A stretch of 64,000 bases of DNA, from the NCBI GenBank assembly GCA_964234715.1, contig OZ174289.1. One strand, written 5' to 3'. The notes under the pieces were generated by a model. It saw only the letters and a program-made list of their open reading frames with translations. It was not told where the DNA came from and ran no database searches. A program made the translations under genes and the position numbers. This document shows positions 63,480 through 64,000 of the stretch, one piece after another. Every line of letters starts with the position of its first letter. The first letter of the stretch is position 1. The stretch comes from Podarcis melisellensis (Eukaryota).

Positions 63480-64000
63480 GTAGGCCTTGCTCACAACAAC
63501 TTCTGCTGCCGCTCCCTGACATCAGTAATAAAAATTAAATGGTGGCATGTAATATCCAATACCTGCTTCCTTTTTTTCACAAGTGAGCAGAGTATTGTTA
63601 GTGCTTCTTTAAATCAAGGGTGGGGAATCTTGGGCCCAGGAGCTGAGTGTGGCCCTCCAGGCCTTTGTATCTAGCCCTTGGAACTCTCCCCAGAACATAC
63701 TCCTCACTGGCTCTGCATCACACCCTAAATGTTTTTGCCTGGCTGCCTCTTGCTTGCCTCCATGAAAGTTGAAGAGGGGTGCGAATATGAAGATAAAATT
63801 CACATCCCTTGCTCTACCAACTTTTGCCTCTGACCCTGCTTGCCACTGGCATGTGGTCCCCAGAAAGTCACCAAAAGGGTATGCTCCTCTTGAGCTGAAA
63901 AACATTCCCCACTCTTGCATTAGAGGCAATTCTCTGGGTTCAAAACCCACTCCAGTCTTGCCTGATCAAGAGCTTTAACTCAGAGGAAAACCATTTCCCC

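Noticed and set aside
866-63978. The many 60-170 aa ORFs in the six-frame track
   Set aside because: Apart from those overlapping GAB3 exons or LINE remnants, they have no recognisable domain and often start at TTG/GTG, as expected by chance in intron DNA.

Overview
Vertebrate genomic DNA, almost certainly from a squamate and probably a lacertid lizard (Sauria/Squam SINEs, BovB, lizard-type MITEs). The only protein-coding gene I can support is GAB3 (GRB2-associated binder 3) on the + strand. Eight coding exons (orthologous exons 2-9; 35033-63479) have GT-AG junctions and splice into one uninterrupted 1599-nt (533-codon) frame. This frame encodes the PH domain, Grb2-SH3-binding proline motifs, three YxxM motifs and the YLAL motif. 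I did not find exon 1, so it lies upstream and intron 1 is >35 kb; the last exon lies downstream of the window. The rest is intron filled with SINEs, BovB/L1/L2/CR1 fragments, Tc1/mariner- and hAT-type MITEs, microsatellites and one 132-N gap. Apart from GAB3 exons and LINE remnants, the short ORFs in the track look like noise. The main unexplained structure is an old ~1.4-kb inverted duplication between intron 1 (~16580-17960) and intron 3 (~43890-46160). It brackets exons 2-3 and contains a ~90%-identical 250-nt core bounded by conserved splice-site-like signals. Other notable features: a Penelope-like 49-bp perfect hairpin with a truncated hammerhead-like motif, and an internally deleted L1 derivative carrying a nested L1 flanked by a 45-bp duplication. 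Comparisons to human GAB3 and to repeat consensuses are from memory, not database searches.
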